Assembly (NCBI GenBank): GCA_018399335.1
Contig: JAGYNM010000001.1
Span: forward strand, 119 to 64,118
Length of the DNA stretch: 64,000 nt
DNA from: Bacteroidales bacterium
GTDB lineage: Bacteria; Bacteroidota; Bacteroidia; Bacteroidales; F082
Direction: 5' to 3'
Shown: piece after piece, positions 18,708 to 29,105 of the stretch
Layout: each line of letters opens with the position of its first letter
Position numbering within the stretch: the first letter of the stretch is position 1
The notes under the pieces: generated by a model
Databases searched by the model: none
The model's input: only the letters and a program-made list of their open reading frames with translations
What the model was told of the DNA's origin: nothing
Program-made: the position numbers and the translations under genes

Positions 18708-20858
18708 TTAATTGTTTCGTTTATCATCGCCTTCAGGACGTGGGAGGAGTACTTTTCGGGAAAGTTTCATCTTATTGGTCTTAGGATCAATACCAATCAG
18801 TTTCACTTTAATTTTATCCCCAACTTTGAGTACACTTTCTACTGTGTCGAGTCTGCGCCACTCAATCTCTGAGATGTGCAACAAACCATCTTTTCCGGGT
18901 AATACCTCAACAAAAGCACCAAATGGAGTGATGGTTTTAACAGTACCCAGGTAAATCTCACCTACCTCAGGAATAGCAACAATTGCGCGAATACGTGCTT
19001 TTACGGCTTCAATAGAATCTTTATCTGCCGAAACAATATCAATTATTCCGTACTCGCCTTTTTCTTCGATTACGATAGTGGTATTGGTTTCACGCTGCAT
19101 CTCCTGAATTATTTTTCCACCAGGTCCGATGATAGCACCAATAAACTCTTTATCCACTACCATTTTTTCGATACGTGGAACATGCTCTTTGTAATCTTCA
19201 CGAGGCTCGGTAATGGTTTTAGCCATTTCACCCAAGATGTGAAGGCGGCCTCTACGTGCCTGCTCAAGTGCTTCTTCCAGCACTTCATGCGACAGTCCAT
19301 CCACTTTGATGTCCATCTGACAGGCTGTGATTCCGTCAGCAGTTCCGGTTACTTTAAAGTCCATATCTCCCAAGTGATCTTCATCACCAAGAATGTCTGA
19401 CAATACCGCATACTTTTTATTACCCGGCTCAGTAATCAAACCCATTGCAATTCCTGCAACTGGCTTTTTGATTTTTACACCGGCATCCATAAGCGCCAAA
19501 GTACCTCCACACACGCTGGCCATCGAAGACGAACCGTTTGATTCCAGAATATCGGAAACAACGCGAATGGTGTAGGGATTTTCATCAACACCAGGAATCA
19601 TTGGTTTGAGTGCTCTTTCTGCCAAATTACCATGACCCACTTCGCGACGGCTTACGCCCCGGAATGGCTTTACTTCGCCAGTTGAAAAACTTGGGAAGTT
19701 GTAATGAAGCATAAAATTGGATTTACCTTCCAAAACGGCACCATCTATGGTCTGCTCGTCCATTTTTGTTCCAAGCGTAATGGTAACAAGGGCCTGTGTT
19801 TCTCCGCGGGTAAAAATTGCCGAACCGTGAGCAGAGGGCAAATAGTCAACCTCGGACCAGATTGGACGAATTTCATCCAGTGCTCTTCCGTCGAGGCGCG
19901 TACGTTCGTTCAAAATAACATCTCTTACAGCTTTTTTCTCCACATCGTGAAAATAGCGTTTGGCCAGCATCAACTTTTCTTCCTGTTCTTCCTCGGAGAA
20001 ACGTGACATAAACTCTTCCAAAACAGCTGCAAAAGCATCAGATCTTTCATGCTTGTTAGGATTGCCTTGTAAAGCTATTTGATAGCAGGGCTTATAAGCA
20101 AATTCCTGAATGGCTTCACGCAATTCATCGTCATTAGTTTCATGCGAATATTCACGTTTTTGTTGCGCCAACTCAACTTTAGCAGCCAGTTCGATCTGAG
20201 CTTCACACTGCAACTTAATGGCTTCGTGAGCTATTTTAAGCGCTTGAAGCATAACAGCTTCCGACACCTCTTTCGATTCGCCCTCAACCATCATGATATT
20301 ATCTTTGCTTGCGGCAACCATCAAATCCAAATCAGCCTCTTCCAAAGCACTAAACGGAGGATTAACCACAAACTCGCCCTTAATGCGGGCAACACGCACT
20401 TCCGAAATAGGTCCGTTGAAAGGAATATCTGAAACTGATAAAGCCGCAGAAGCAGCTAAAGCAGCGAATGCATCAGGAGCAACATCATTTTCGCCGGAAA
20501 TCAAGTTTATCAAAACTTGTGTTTCAGCGTGATAATCCTCAGGAAATAAAGGACGAAGGGCTCTGTCGACCAAACGACAAATCAGCACTTCGTAATCAGA
20601 GGGTCTGCCTTCGCGTTTGAAAAAACCTCCCGGAAATTTTCCAGTTGCAGCATACTTCTCTTTATAATCAACTGAAAGGGGTAAAAAATCAACATTTTCT
20701 CTTGCCTCTTTAGCAGAGACAACTGTAGCCAATAACATTGTTTTTCCTGTTTTTACTACTACAGCACCGTGTGCCTGTTTGGCAAGCTTTCCGGTTTCGA
20801 TCGTAATGACCGTTCCATCAGCCATTTCAATCGTTTGTGTAATTCCTTTTGGACTCAT
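18708..20858 (-). CDS. pnp: Polyribonucleotide nucleotidyltransferase (PNPase)
   Basis: 716 aa. Two RNase PH domains ([11 protein letters not shown]), then KH and S1 ([27 protein letters not shown]) domains. Confidence 0.95.
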   Translation of the reverse strand: MSPKGITQTIEMADGTVITIETGKLAKQAHGAVVVKTGKTMLLATVVSAKEARENVDFLPLSVDYKEKYAATGKFPGGFFKREGRPSDYEVLICRLVDRALRPLFPEDYHAETQVLINLISGENDVAPDAFAALAASAALSVSDIPFNGPISEVRVARIKGEFVVNPPFSALEEADLDLMVAASKDNIMMVEGESKEVSEAVMLQALKIAHEAIKLQCEAQIELAAKVELAQQKREYSHETNDDELREAIQEFAYKPCYQIALQGNPNKHERSDAFAAVLEEFMSRFSEEEQEEKLMLAKRYFHDVEKKAVRDVILNERTRLDGRALDEIRPIWSEVDYLPSAHGSAIFTRGETQALVTITLGTKMDEQTIDGAVLEGKSNFMLHYNFPSFSTGEVKPFRGVSRREVGHGNLAERALKPMIPGVDENPYTIRVVSDILESNGSSSMASVCGGTLALMDAGVKIKKPVAGIAMGLITEPGNKKYAVLSDILGDEDHLGDMDFKVTGTADGITACQMDIKVDGLSHEVLEEALEQARRGRLHILGEMAKTITEPREDYKEHVPRIEKMVVDKEFIGAIIGPGGKIIQEMQRETNTTIVIEEKGEYGIIDIVSADKDSIEAVKARIRAIVAIPEVGEIYLGTVKTITPFGAFVEVLPGKDGLLHISEIEWRRLDTVESVLKVGDKIKVKLIGIDPKTNKMKLSRKVLLPRPEGDDKRNN

Positions 20859-20903
20859 ATATTTTCTTTAAATGTAATCATTTGTGCGTAGCCTGTTTAA
20901 ATA

Positions 20904-20937
20904 CAAAAAAAGGCAATCAAGTAAATTGCCTTTTTTC
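20904..20937 (-). terminator. Hairpin between rpsO and pnp (terminator, attenuator or processing site)
   Basis: AGGCAAT (20911-17) pairs with ATTGCCT (20925-31). It is flanked by an A-run and a T-run, so it can work on either strand. It lies just downstream of rpsO. Confidence 0.7.
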
Positions 20938-20958
20938 GGACCTTCATCAGGATCAGGA

Positions 20959-21228
20959 TTATTTTCTGATACCCAGCTTTTTGATTATTTCCCGGTATCT
21001 TTCAATATCTTTTTTCTTTAAATAATCGAGAAGTTTCCTTCTTTTACCTACCATACGAACCAGTGAACGCATAGTTGATAGGTCTTTTTTGTTCTCCTTC
21101 AGGTGCTCGGTAAGATGCTTGATACGGAAGGTAAACAAAGCAATCTGACCTTCTGCTGAACCAGTATCAGCAGCCTTGCTACCGTACTCGTTAAAAATTT
21201 CTGTCTTCTTTTCAGCTGTTAAATACAT
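20959..21228 (-). CDS. rpsO: 30S ribosomal protein S15
   Basis: 89 aa, with the typical S15 sequence LTEHLKENKKDLSTMRSLVRMVGKRRKLLDYL. Confidence 0.95.
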   Translation of the reverse strand: MYLTAEKKTEIFNEYGSKAADTGSAEGQIALFTFRIKHLTEHLKENKKDLSTMRSLVRMVGKRRKLLDYLKKKDIERYREIIKKLGIRK

Positions 21229-21256
21229 AGCTACTTCTTTTCGATTTTTTGGGCTG

Positions 21257-21264
21257 CAAAAATA
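21257..21264 (-). promoter_or_regulatory. Candidate -7 box (TATTTTTG) for rpsO
   Basis: Exact TAnnTTTG on the minus strand, 29 nt upstream of the ATG at 21228. Confidence 0.45.
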
Positions 21265-21279
21265 AAACTATTTTTATAA

Positions 21280-22700
21280 CTAAACAACTTCATTCGCAGA
21301 ATCTTTTTTTTCCTGCTCATCTTGGGTTGTTTCAGAAACTATTTCATCGCTTGATTCTGACTCCTTTTCGCTTGAATTATCTGCTGGTTTAGCAGCTTTC
21401 TTTTCGGCTCTCTTTTGTTGATAATACTGAATTTTTTCTCTGATCCAAATATTAAAATTCAACGAATTTGAATAAAAATTGCGTAATCCTTCCGACTTTT
21501 CGATCAAAGGAATTAAAACTGAAGTGAAAAGAATACTGAAAAGAATTACTGAAAACACGATGTCTTTTATCAACTCTCCTCCCGTAATGCCCTGCTGCAT
21601 GGGAATAGTAGCCAAAACAGCAGCAGCCAAACCTTTGGGAACGATAGACGACATAAACATCAAATCTTGATTGGGGTTATTGACATCCGAAATTGGCATA
21701 GAAGCTCTAACAACCGGAATGCGAAGGAGATACAATATAAGTGTAATCACAAAACCAATTAATATGGGCACCCATTCCGTCAATTGCATAGAAACACCTA
21801 TATATACAAAGAAAAATGTTTTAAGCAGGAAAACGGCTTCACCAAAAAGAATGCGCTCAGTTTCGTTGAGGGAGTCAGGTTCTTTGGTGAAATATTTACT
21901 CAAGGCTGTTCCTTTGATCAAATCGGTATTTGCCAATCCAATTCCAAAAGCCAGCGCGCTAATGGCCCCGCTGTATCCCAGCAGCTCACTCAATCCGTAA
22001 ATGATAAAAACAAAAGCAGGAGTGGTAAAAATTGAGTTTTTAATATTCCGGACTTTATGCAGCACAACCGACCAAAAGAATGCGCCTATTAAACCCATTA
22101 TTGAAGCCAGAATAAAGCTGGCTAATATCTGGCCAATCGTTGTTCCAACCTGAATCTGACCAAGCTGAGCAGCCTCAATAAACGCAAGAGCAAATACGAT
22201 ACAAAGCACATCACTAAAGGCAGATTCCAGGATGAGAATGGTTCTGCTGTTGTTGGAAATATTCAATTGCCTCACAAGGAATCACAACCGCTGATGAAGT
22301 CCTCCGATTATTGCCCTAAACATAAAAGCAGCAAGAGGTTCCATCTCCAGAAAGAACCAGGCCAGCAAGCCAAATTAACACACGTTGTGCAAAATTAAGA
22401 AACGTTAGTAAGGATGTGCCTTTGAGAGAATGACGCAAAGTATCATACTTGAGCTCCGTACCTCTGAACAATATGGTTACCAGTGTTATCGTAGTAAAAC
22501 CGTCCAACCAATCCCAGATGTCCAGGTGTTACACTCCAGAAAACAATTCAAGCCAGACCTATTAATATAAGCAACAAAACATCCGAACACGCTTACGGCT
22601 GAAAACCTGGCAAAACATGTGCCAGGAACACAAGCAACCAACCCCTACAACTGTGACTGCAATGTTTATTAACTATCTGTTGTATTGTACTTAAAAGGAG
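21280..22700 (-). pseudogene. Cation:proton antiporter family protein. The C-terminal 331 aa are intact. The N-terminal TM region (about 22270-22700) is broken by frameshifts.
   Basis: ORF 21280..22275 carries antiporter-like TM helices plus an acidic C-terminal tail. Hydrophobic TM-like fragments continue upstream in shifting frames, e.g. ORF 22316..22507. Confidence 0.6.
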
Positions 22701-22729
22701 ATATTGTTATAAAAACCTCTTTAAGACGG

Positions 22730-22737
22730 CAAATATA
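22730..22737 (-). promoter_or_regulatory. Candidate -7 box (TATATTTG) upstream of the antiporter gene
   Basis: Exact TAnnTTTG on the minus strand, in the spacer after the upstream gene. Confidence 0.3.
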
Positions 22738-22774
22738 ATGAAAATAAATCAGCAATTTATTTCACTGACGGGGA

Positions 22775-23281
22775 TTATCCATTTCCGACAAACAAGTCGC
22801 GAACCTTCTGACACAATTGCTCACTGGCATCAACGCAATAACCACGCTGACCACATACTTTAACTCCTTCAGAATCAATAAGTATAGAATAAGGCACTTC
22901 GGTAATTGCCAAATGACGCATTAAAGCTCCATTTTCATCTGTAAAACATTTCACTTCAGGCGCATTAGCACTTAAATAATTTTGTTCGAGCTGAGCCATT
23001 GATGTTGAAGTTTCAACAACTGCAATAAGTTGAAAATCCATGTCGTGAAGCGATTCCATTGCCGTTTCGTAAAGCTCGTTGATTAAAGTGCACGATTTTC
23101 CATCATCCAATCTCCAAAAAACGAACAAACTTGCTTTGTTTTCTTTCAATAAGTCTGAAACCAAAATTTTTCCTCCTTTTGCATCTCTCAGGGAAATCTC
23201 TGAGAAATCAGTTTTTTGCTGTTGCGCATAAAGCAATGACACTGAAAAAACAGCTAACAATGTAATAATGAAGCGTTTCAT
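22775..23281 (-). CDS. Secreted thioredoxin-fold (TlpA/redoxin-like) protein with degenerate active site
   Basis: 168 aa with signal peptide MKRFIITLLAVFSVSLLYAQ. Redoxin-like layout, but SLFVFWRLDDGKSC stands where WCxxC is expected, leaving a single Cys. Confidence 0.45.
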   Translation of the reverse strand: MKRFIITLLAVFSVSLLYAQQQKTDFSEISLRDAKGGKILVSDLLKENKASLFVFWRLDDGKSCTLINELYETAMESLHDMDFQLIAVVETSTSMAQLEQNYLSANAPEVKCFTDENGALMRHLAITEVPYSILIDSEGVKVCGQRGYCVDASEQLCQKVRDLFVGNG

Positions 23282-23331
23282 TTTAATTCAATATTTGGAG
23301 GGAAGCTGAACTTAATTCCGGTTGATCTGCA

Positions 23332-23339
23332 CAAATATA
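23332..23339 (-). promoter_or_regulatory. Candidate -7 box (TATATTTG) for the redoxin-like gene
   Basis: Exact TAnnTTTG on the minus strand, 51 nt upstream of the ATG at 23281. Confidence 0.4.
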
Positions 23340-23481
23340 CAACAGACATTTTTCAAAATCAACTCTTGTATTAGAAAAGTAATTGACTTATTTTTAGAAG
23401 CTTAAAAACTATCTCTATCTCCTGAACAAAAAGCATTAAAACTTGTTTAAGTTTTTATATCCAAAATTAAACAAAACCATC

Positions 23482-24963
23482 ATGAAAAAAGTTATTGTCA
23501 TTGGAGCCGGGTTCTCAGGACTTTCTGCTGCTGCCCTCTTAGCCAGAGACGGGTTTGAAGTAGAAGTTATTGAAAAACATGACATGGCGGGAGGCAGGGC
23601 AAGAAAATTCAGTGAAGCAGGTTTCACTTTCGATATGGGTCCAAGCTGGTATTGGATGCCAGATGTTTTCGAACGCTTTTTTGAGCTTTTCGGCAAAAAA
23701 GTATCCGATTATTACAAGCTTATCAGACTAGATCCTTCCTACACCATCTATTTTGGCCCCGGCGATAAAGTTGATCTGCCAGCAGATCCGCAAGCCTTGT
23801 ATCAGCTTTTTGAAAGCATTGAAGTCGGAAGTGGCAATAAACTCAAAAAATTCCTTGATGAAGCTGCCTTTAAATATGAAATCGGCATCAATAATTTGGT
23901 TTACAAACCATCCAAAAGTATTTTGGAGTTTGCCGACTGGGAAATCATCCGTTCAGCAATGCGCATGCATGTGCTAACATCGTTTCACAGCTATATTCGT
24001 AAATACTTTAAGCATCCCAAGCTACTCAGGATCCTTGAATTTCCGATTTTGTTTCTGGGAGCTACAGCCGAAAAAACACCTGCACTTTACAGCCTGATGA
24101 ATTACGGCGATATGATGCTGGGAACATGGTATCCCGAAGGTGGGATGTATAAAATTATTGAAGGATTTCAGCGATTAGCAGAAGAGCAAGGTGTTCGTTT
24201 CCGGTTTAATGAAGAAGTGAAAAACTTTGATATTTCCGGCAAAAACATCAAAACCGTTGAAACAGATAAAGGAACTTATCAAGCTGATTATGTGATAGCA
24301 AGTGCTGATTATCATCATATTGAGCAAAAAATACTTCCTGAAAAATATCGCAACTATTCCTCATCCTATTGGGAATCGCGCACCATGTCGCCATCTTCAT
24401 TGATTTACTACCTGGGCATAGATAAAAAGCTGGACGGCATGCAACACCATACACTGATCTTCAACAAAGATTTTGAAAAGCATGCACAACAAATTTACGA
24501 ACAACCCCAATGGCCCGAAAATCCTTCTGTTTACCTAAGCTGTACTTCACAAACCGATCCCACAACTGCTCCGGCCGGGAAAGAAAATCTATTCATCCTT
24601 ATTCCGGTTGCACCCGGGCTTCAGGACACTGATGAAGTGCGTAATCACTATTTTGATTTTTCAGTAAAGCGCATTGAAGAAACACTTGGCATCCAGTTTA
24701 AAGAAGACATTATTTACAAAAGAATGTATTCAAACAGAGATTTTGCCAAAGATTACTACGCCTATAAAGGCAATGCCTATGGTTTGGCTAATACATTGAA
24801 GCAGACAGCTATTCTAAAGCCATCCATGTTCAACAAAAAGCTAAAAAACTTGTTATACACAGGGCAACTAACAATTCCCGGTCCCGGTGTGCCTCCGGCT
24901 ATTATTTCCGGACAGGTAGCTGCCGGACAGATTCTTGAAAAAGTACAAAAAACTAACCGTTAA
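23482..24963 (+). CDS. crtI: Phytoene desaturase
   Basis: FAD-binding N-terminus MKKVIVIGAGFSGLSAAALLARDGFEVEVIEKHD..GGRA. Length and C-terminal TIPGPGVPPAIISG are typical of CrtI. I prefer the ATG at 23482 over the track start at 23443. Confidence 0.9.
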   Translation: MKKVIVIGAGFSGLSAAALLARDGFEVEVIEKHDMAGGRARKFSEAGFTFDMGPSWYWMPDVFERFFELFGKKVSDYYKLIRLDPSYTIYFGPGDKVDLPADPQALYQLFESIEVGSGNKLKKFLDEAAFKYEIGINNLVYKPSKSILEFADWEIIRSAMRMHVLTSFHSYIRKYFKHPKLLRILEFPILFLGATAEKTPALYSLMNYGDMMLGTWYPEGGMYKIIEGFQRLAEEQGVRFRFNEEVKNFDISGKNIKTVETDKGTYQADYVIASADYHHIEQKILPEKYRNYSSSYWESRTMSPSSLIYYLGIDKKLDGMQHHTLIFNKDFEKHAQQIYEQPQWPENPSVYLSCTSQTDPTTAPAGKENLFILIPVAPGLQDTDEVRNHYFDFSVKRIEETLGIQFKEDIIYKRMYSNRDFAKDYYAYKGNAYGLANTLKQTAILKPSMFNKKLKNLLYTGQLTIPGPGVPPAIISGQVAAGQILEKVQKTNR

Positions 24964-24975
24964 CCTCTTTGAACT

Positions 24976-25812
24976 ATGAAAGCACTTTATGATCATGTTT
25001 CCCGCAAAGCCAGCAAAATAACTACGCGTGCTTACAGTACTTCATTCTCATTGGGGATCAGACTTTTCAACCAAAAGTACCACGATCCTATTTATGCCAT
25101 TTACGGTTTTGTTCGTCTGGCAGATGAAATCGTTGACACTTTTCACGAACACGACAAAAAAACCCTGCTTCAGGAATTTCGTCGTGATACCGTGCTGGCA
25201 ATCGAACGCGGCATAAGTCTCAATCCTATCTTGCAAAGTTTTCAGGAAACTGTGAACGAATACAATATAGAATGGCCATTGATCGACCGCTTCCTGAAAA
25301 GCATGGAAATGGATTTGGATGATTTGGAATACGATCAGCAACTTTTTGAAGAATACATACTTGGTTCGGCCGAAGTGGTTGGCTTGATGTGTTTAAGAGT
25401 CTTTACGGAGGGAGACGAAGCCATGTATCAGAACCTCAAGACACCTGCTATGCGTTTAGGTTCAGCGTTTCAAAAAATAAACTTCTTACGCGATATGCAT
25501 GCAGATCACCTTCACCTGGGACGTACCTATTTCCCAAATCTTGACATGAATAACTTCAATCAGGAAGTGAAGGAGAGCATTGAAATAGATATCGAAAAAG
25601 ACTTTCATGATGGTCTTGAAGGCATCCGAAAACTCCCCATTGGCGCTCGTTATGGCGTTTATGTGGCATATGTTTATTACCATAATCTTTTCAAAAAGAT
25701 CAGACGAATCCAATCAGAAAAATTATTGAAGGAACGCATTCGGGTTCCCAATCCTGCAAAATATGGCATGTTGGTTAGTTCATACCTGCGTTACAGGCTA
25801 AATTTGATGTAG
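24976..25812 (+). CDS. crtB: Phytoene synthase
   Basis: 278 aa of the squalene/phytoene synthase fold. YGFVRLADEIVD (first Asp-rich motif) and FLRDMHADHLHLGRTYFP. Confidence 0.9.
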   Translation: MKALYDHVSRKASKITTRAYSTSFSLGIRLFNQKYHDPIYAIYGFVRLADEIVDTFHEHDKKTLLQEFRRDTVLAIERGISLNPILQSFQETVNEYNIEWPLIDRFLKSMEMDLDDLEYDQQLFEEYILGSAEVVGLMCLRVFTEGDEAMYQNLKTPAMRLGSAFQKINFLRDMHADHLHLGRTYFPNLDMNNFNQEVKESIEIDIEKDFHDGLEGIRKLPIGARYGVYVAYVYYHNLFKKIRRIQSEKLLKERIRVPNPAKYGMLVSSYLRYRLNLM

Positions 25813-25813
25813 C

Positions 25814-26332
25814 ATGACAGTTTTTCTGGCATTAATTTTATTAGTTTTACCAACGCAAGAAACTGAAGCGCTGTCCAAAGCCAGAAAGCTCTTTTTTGAG
25901 TTTGATCAGCCAGGATGTGTTTCGGAGAAGCTTTTTGAAATGTTGCAGCAAACAGCTGAAAAATCTGATGTTTTAATAGCTTATCAGGGAGCCGCTGAAG
26001 CCAGTTCGGCAGATTGTGCCACCTTTCCTTTTGCTAAATTGAAGCGCTTTAATCAGGGAAAAAGCAAACTGGAACAAGCTGTAAAAAATGATCCGATGAA
26101 CGCTGAAATCAGATTTTTAAGGTTTAGCATTCAATCAAAAGCCCCAGGTTTTTTAAATTATACTGATGCTGTAAATCAAGATTTTGATCTTATCATCAGT
26201 TCATTATCAAACAACGATGATCAATGGCAGGATAAAGCTTTCAAAAATAACGTAATCAGATTTTTATTGGCTTATTCCGGAGCGACTGACCAACAGGCTG
26301 ATTTGCTGCGTAAAATGTTGAACGACAAATAA
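25814..26332 (+). CDS. Hypothetical helical protein with N-terminal hydrophobic segment, embedded in the carotenoid operon
   Basis: 172-aa ORF starting 1 nt after the crtB stop and ending 8 nt before idi. No domain recognised. Confidence 0.6.
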   Translation: MTVFLALILLVLPTQETEALSKARKLFFEFDQPGCVSEKLFEMLQQTAEKSDVLIAYQGAAEASSADCATFPFAKLKRFNQGKSKLEQAVKNDPMNAEIRFLRFSIQSKAPGFLNYTDAVNQDFDLIISSLSNNDDQWQDKAFKNNVIRFLLAYSGATDQQADLLRKMLNDK

Positions 26333-26340
26333 AACTATTT

Positions 26341-26868
26341 ATGGAGGAAAAAGTTGTTTTGGTAAACACCAAAGACGAACCACAGGGTGTGATGGGAAAA
26401 ATGCAAGCTCATGAGCAAGGAGTGCTTCACAGGGCCTTTTCTATTTTTATTTTTAACAGCAAAAACGAACTTCTTTTGCAGCAAAGAGCACTTTCGAAAT
26501 ACCATACGCCCGGCTTATGGACCAACACCTGCTGTTCGCATCCCCGCGAAAACGAAGGTCTCGAAGCAGCTACAAGCCGCAGGCTGCAAGAAGAAATGGG
26601 AATGCAATGCGATATACATGAAGCTTTTTCATTTATCTATAAAGCTGAAGTGGGACAGGGCCTGATTGAACACGAATTTGATCATGTTTTTATTGGTCAT
26701 TCTGATGATCTCCCGGTAATAAACCGCGAAGAAGTTGCATCATGGGAATACGCGTCAATGGACGATCTTAGAATTGCTATTACCAAAAATCCTGAAAAAT
26801 ATACGGTATGGTTTCGCATCGCATTTGATGAAGTGGATGCTTATTTAAAAAACCTAAAAACAAATTAA
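26341..26868 (+). CDS. idi: Isopentenyl-diphosphate delta-isomerase, type 1 (Nudix)
   Basis: 175 aa with HRAFSIFIFN, WTNTCCSHP and EHEFDHVF motifs. Confidence 0.9.
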   Translation: MEEKVVLVNTKDEPQGVMGKMQAHEQGVLHRAFSIFIFNSKNELLLQQRALSKYHTPGLWTNTCCSHPRENEGLEAATSRRLQEEMGMQCDIHEAFSFIYKAEVGQGLIEHEFDHVFIGHSDDLPVINREEVASWEYASMDDLRIAITKNPEKYTVWFRIAFDEVDAYLKNLKTN

Positions 26869-26869
26869 A

Positions 26870-27328
26870 ATGAATTGGATTATCGCTTCAGCGCTCATAC
26901 TTGGAGCCTTTCTCTTTATGGAATTTATGGCCTGGTTTACACATAAATATGTGATGCATGGTTTCTTATGGATACTCCACAAAGATCACCACATTCGCGA
27001 TGGCCGCAAGCTTGAATGGAACGACCTTTTTGCTGTGATTTTTGCTATTCCAAGTTTCCTGTTTATCTTTTATGGTGCTCAGCATGGCTTCGACTGGAAG
27101 TTCTATATCGGATTGGGAATTGCGCTTTATGGTCTTGCCTATTTTATGTTTCATGATGTTTTTGTTCATGGTCGGCTTCCTCTGCTTCAAAAGTTAAGCA
27201 ATCGCTACCTGCGGGCTACTATCACAGCGCATCTGGATCATCATAAACCACATGCTCATTACAACTATGGCTTTTTGGTTGCACCCCTGAAATATTATCA
27301 GGAAGAATGGCGTAAATCAAAAAAATAA
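26870..27328 (+). CDS. crtZ: Beta-carotene 3-hydroxylase
   Basis: 152-aa membrane protein with His boxes HKYVMHG, HKDHH, HDVFVHGR and HLDHHK, typical of CrtZ. Confidence 0.85.
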   Translation: MNWIIASALILGAFLFMEFMAWFTHKYVMHGFLWILHKDHHIRDGRKLEWNDLFAVIFAIPSFLFIFYGAQHGFDWKFYIGLGIALYGLAYFMFHDVFVHGRLPLLQKLSNRYLRATITAHLDHHKPHAHYNYGFLVAPLKYYQEEWRKSKK

Positions 27329-27359
27329 TCACTTTCTGCACTCCGATGATTTTTGGCAT

Positions 27360-27367
27360 TACCTTTG
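27360..27367 (+). promoter_or_regulatory. Candidate -7 box (TACCTTTG)
   Basis: Exact TAnnTTTG, 52 nt upstream of the ATG at 27419. Confidence 0.35.
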
Positions 27368-27418
27368 CTTAAAATTTACGTTTCTCAACGCGTACATTTT
27401 TAGTTAATAGCCAAAACT

Positions 27419-28261
27419 ATGAAATACCTATTAATCGTCTTTTCTTTGTTTTTGACCTTACTTTCTCAAAGTATTTTAGCTCAAGATCAGATTATTAAAC
27501 AATCTGATGAGGTTATCCTTTGTAAAATAAAAGAAATCGGTTTAGATGAGGTCAAGTACATCCTGCCAGATTATCCTGACGATGTTCAATTTGCCATTGA
27601 CAAGGATGAAATTGAGAAAATCGTTTTCGAAAACGGTAAAACACTCAGTTTTCTTCAAAAGATGAACGACCCCGAAACATACAAAGACAATAAAAAGAAC
27701 GCCATCAAGCTGGATTTCTTGTCACCTTTGTCAGGTAATACTACTTTTACTTATGAGCGCAGCCTGAAGCCCGGAAGAAGTATAGAAGGAGACGTTGGCA
27801 TCATTGGTTTAGGAATCGACCCCGGCGATGAAAATCCAGGAGGTGTATTCTTTCGGTTTGGCTATAAATTTCTTAAAAGCCCTGATTTTTACCTGCGCGG
27901 AATGCGCTATGCCCACCTGCTCAAAGGCAGCTACCTGAAGCCAACAATCACACTTGGTTTTTTTAGCAGAGACAATTATCGCTACTACTATGATTATCCC
28001 ACACCCGAACCGGGATACCCTTTCTATGAAGATTTCATTGAACAGAATGAAAGAATCAATGCTGTTACCGGAAGTATTCAACTGATGCTCGGCAAACAAT
28101 GGATAATGGATAACAGTTTTTTGGTTGATCTTTACTGGGGAATCGGTTATGGCTTTTCGACCAACTATGATGTTTCAAATTACTTTTACAGCCACACACT
28201 CATGGGCGAAGAATTTCCACTTAGCTTAAGTGTTGGAATTAAAATGGGATTTTTGTGGTAA
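27419..28261 (+). CDS. Hypothetical secreted/outer-membrane protein (beta-rich, aromatic C-terminus)
   Basis: 280 aa with signal peptide MKYLLIVFSLFLTLLSQSILAQ. The Gly/Tyr-rich alternating pattern and terminal ...KMGFLW are consistent with an OM beta-barrel. Confidence 0.55.
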   Translation: MKYLLIVFSLFLTLLSQSILAQDQIIKQSDEVILCKIKEIGLDEVKYILPDYPDDVQFAIDKDEIEKIVFENGKTLSFLQKMNDPETYKDNKKNAIKLDFLSPLSGNTTFTYERSLKPGRSIEGDVGIIGLGIDPGDENPGGVFFRFGYKFLKSPDFYLRGMRYAHLLKGSYLKPTITLGFFSRDNYRYYYDYPTPEPGYPFYEDFIEQNERINAVTGSIQLMLGKQWIMDNSFLVDLYWGIGYGFSTNYDVSNYFYSHTLMGEEFPLSLSVGIKMGFLW

Positions 28262-28299
28262 AAAAAATCCTGATCCTGCAAATAGCGCAGAATCAGGAA
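28261..28299. terminator. Hairpin terminator between convergent OMP genes
   Basis: A8, then TCCTGATCCTGC (28269-80) pairing with GCAGAATCAGGA (28288-99) with one mismatch. On the minus strand the stem is followed by T8. Confidence 0.65.
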
Positions 28300-28320
28300 A
28301 TAGATAAACTGACGAAGATT

Positions 28321-28851
28321 TTAGAACTTCAAAGTTAAACCGGCGTTTAAGAGTGCAATTCCGTAGCCAAGCTCGGCATACACACCAAAAGTATCTCCAA
28401 AATGATACCTTGCACCCGCAAATCCGGCATAAGCCACACCACCTGCTGATGGCGATGCAGGAGCCGCCCCGGACCCTTCATATTTCACGCTGGCCACATT
28501 ATAACCCAGCATAACGCCCGCATAAGTATCAAGTTGATCAACCAAATCGAAATGATAAGCACCTCGAGCTCCGACAATCAAATAGGTGTATTTCCAGGAA
28601 TAGTTAACACCGAAACCTGAAAAATCCTCTTTAGAAGCCGAATAACCCAGGTAAGCACCAAGGCTAAGGTTATCAGTAATTCCGAAGTCAAGTGCCAGCG
28701 ACACCGGCGGCAAATCAACTGTTCCCGTAGCAAAAGATGCGCCGAGGCCGATACCGATATTGGCATCAACCTGACCTTTTTCAAACTGTGCATGAGCACT
28801 GTAAGTAAGCCCAATCAGGGCAAATGCTAAAACAAATAAAACTTTTCTCAT
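28321..28851 (-). CDS. Small outer-membrane beta-barrel protein (porin/OmpA-beta-barrel-like family)
   Basis: Signal peptide MRKVLFVLAFALIGLTYSAHAQ, Gly/Ala/Tyr-rich alternating strands, and C-terminal LTLKF ending in Phe. Confidence 0.7.
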   Translation of the reverse strand: MRKVLFVLAFALIGLTYSAHAQFEKGQVDANIGIGLGASFATGTVDLPPVSLALDFGITDNLSLGAYLGYSASKEDFSGFGVNYSWKYTYLIVGARGAYHFDLVDQLDTYAGVMLGYNVASVKYEGSGAAPASPSAGGVAYAGFAGARYHFGDTFGVYAELGYGIALLNAGLTLKF

Positions 28852-29105
28852 AATAAACATGGTTGTTAATTCTATGCCTACTCTTTATGCTTTTCGGCTT
28901 CCGCAAACCAAAACAGACATTATCCCATTTTTGGCCGAAACCTACAACTAAGCTGATCGTTTAGCGGTTTTATGTTAAAAAAAGTACCTCACTTCCATCC
29001 AGCTTTGATATTGAAGGCTTTGATGAAACAAAACTAGCTTCTGGAACACGGGAAAATTCTAAGGTAAAAAACGTATTCTGATCGGGTGATCAACCGGAAA
29101 AGAGG

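Noticed and set aside
23443-23481. Upstream start for crtI given by the ORF track (MFKFLYPKLNKTI...).
   Set aside because: The FAD-binding fold begins at MKKVIVIGAGFSG (ATG at 23482), as in other CrtI proteins. The upstream extension adds 13 unrelated residues.
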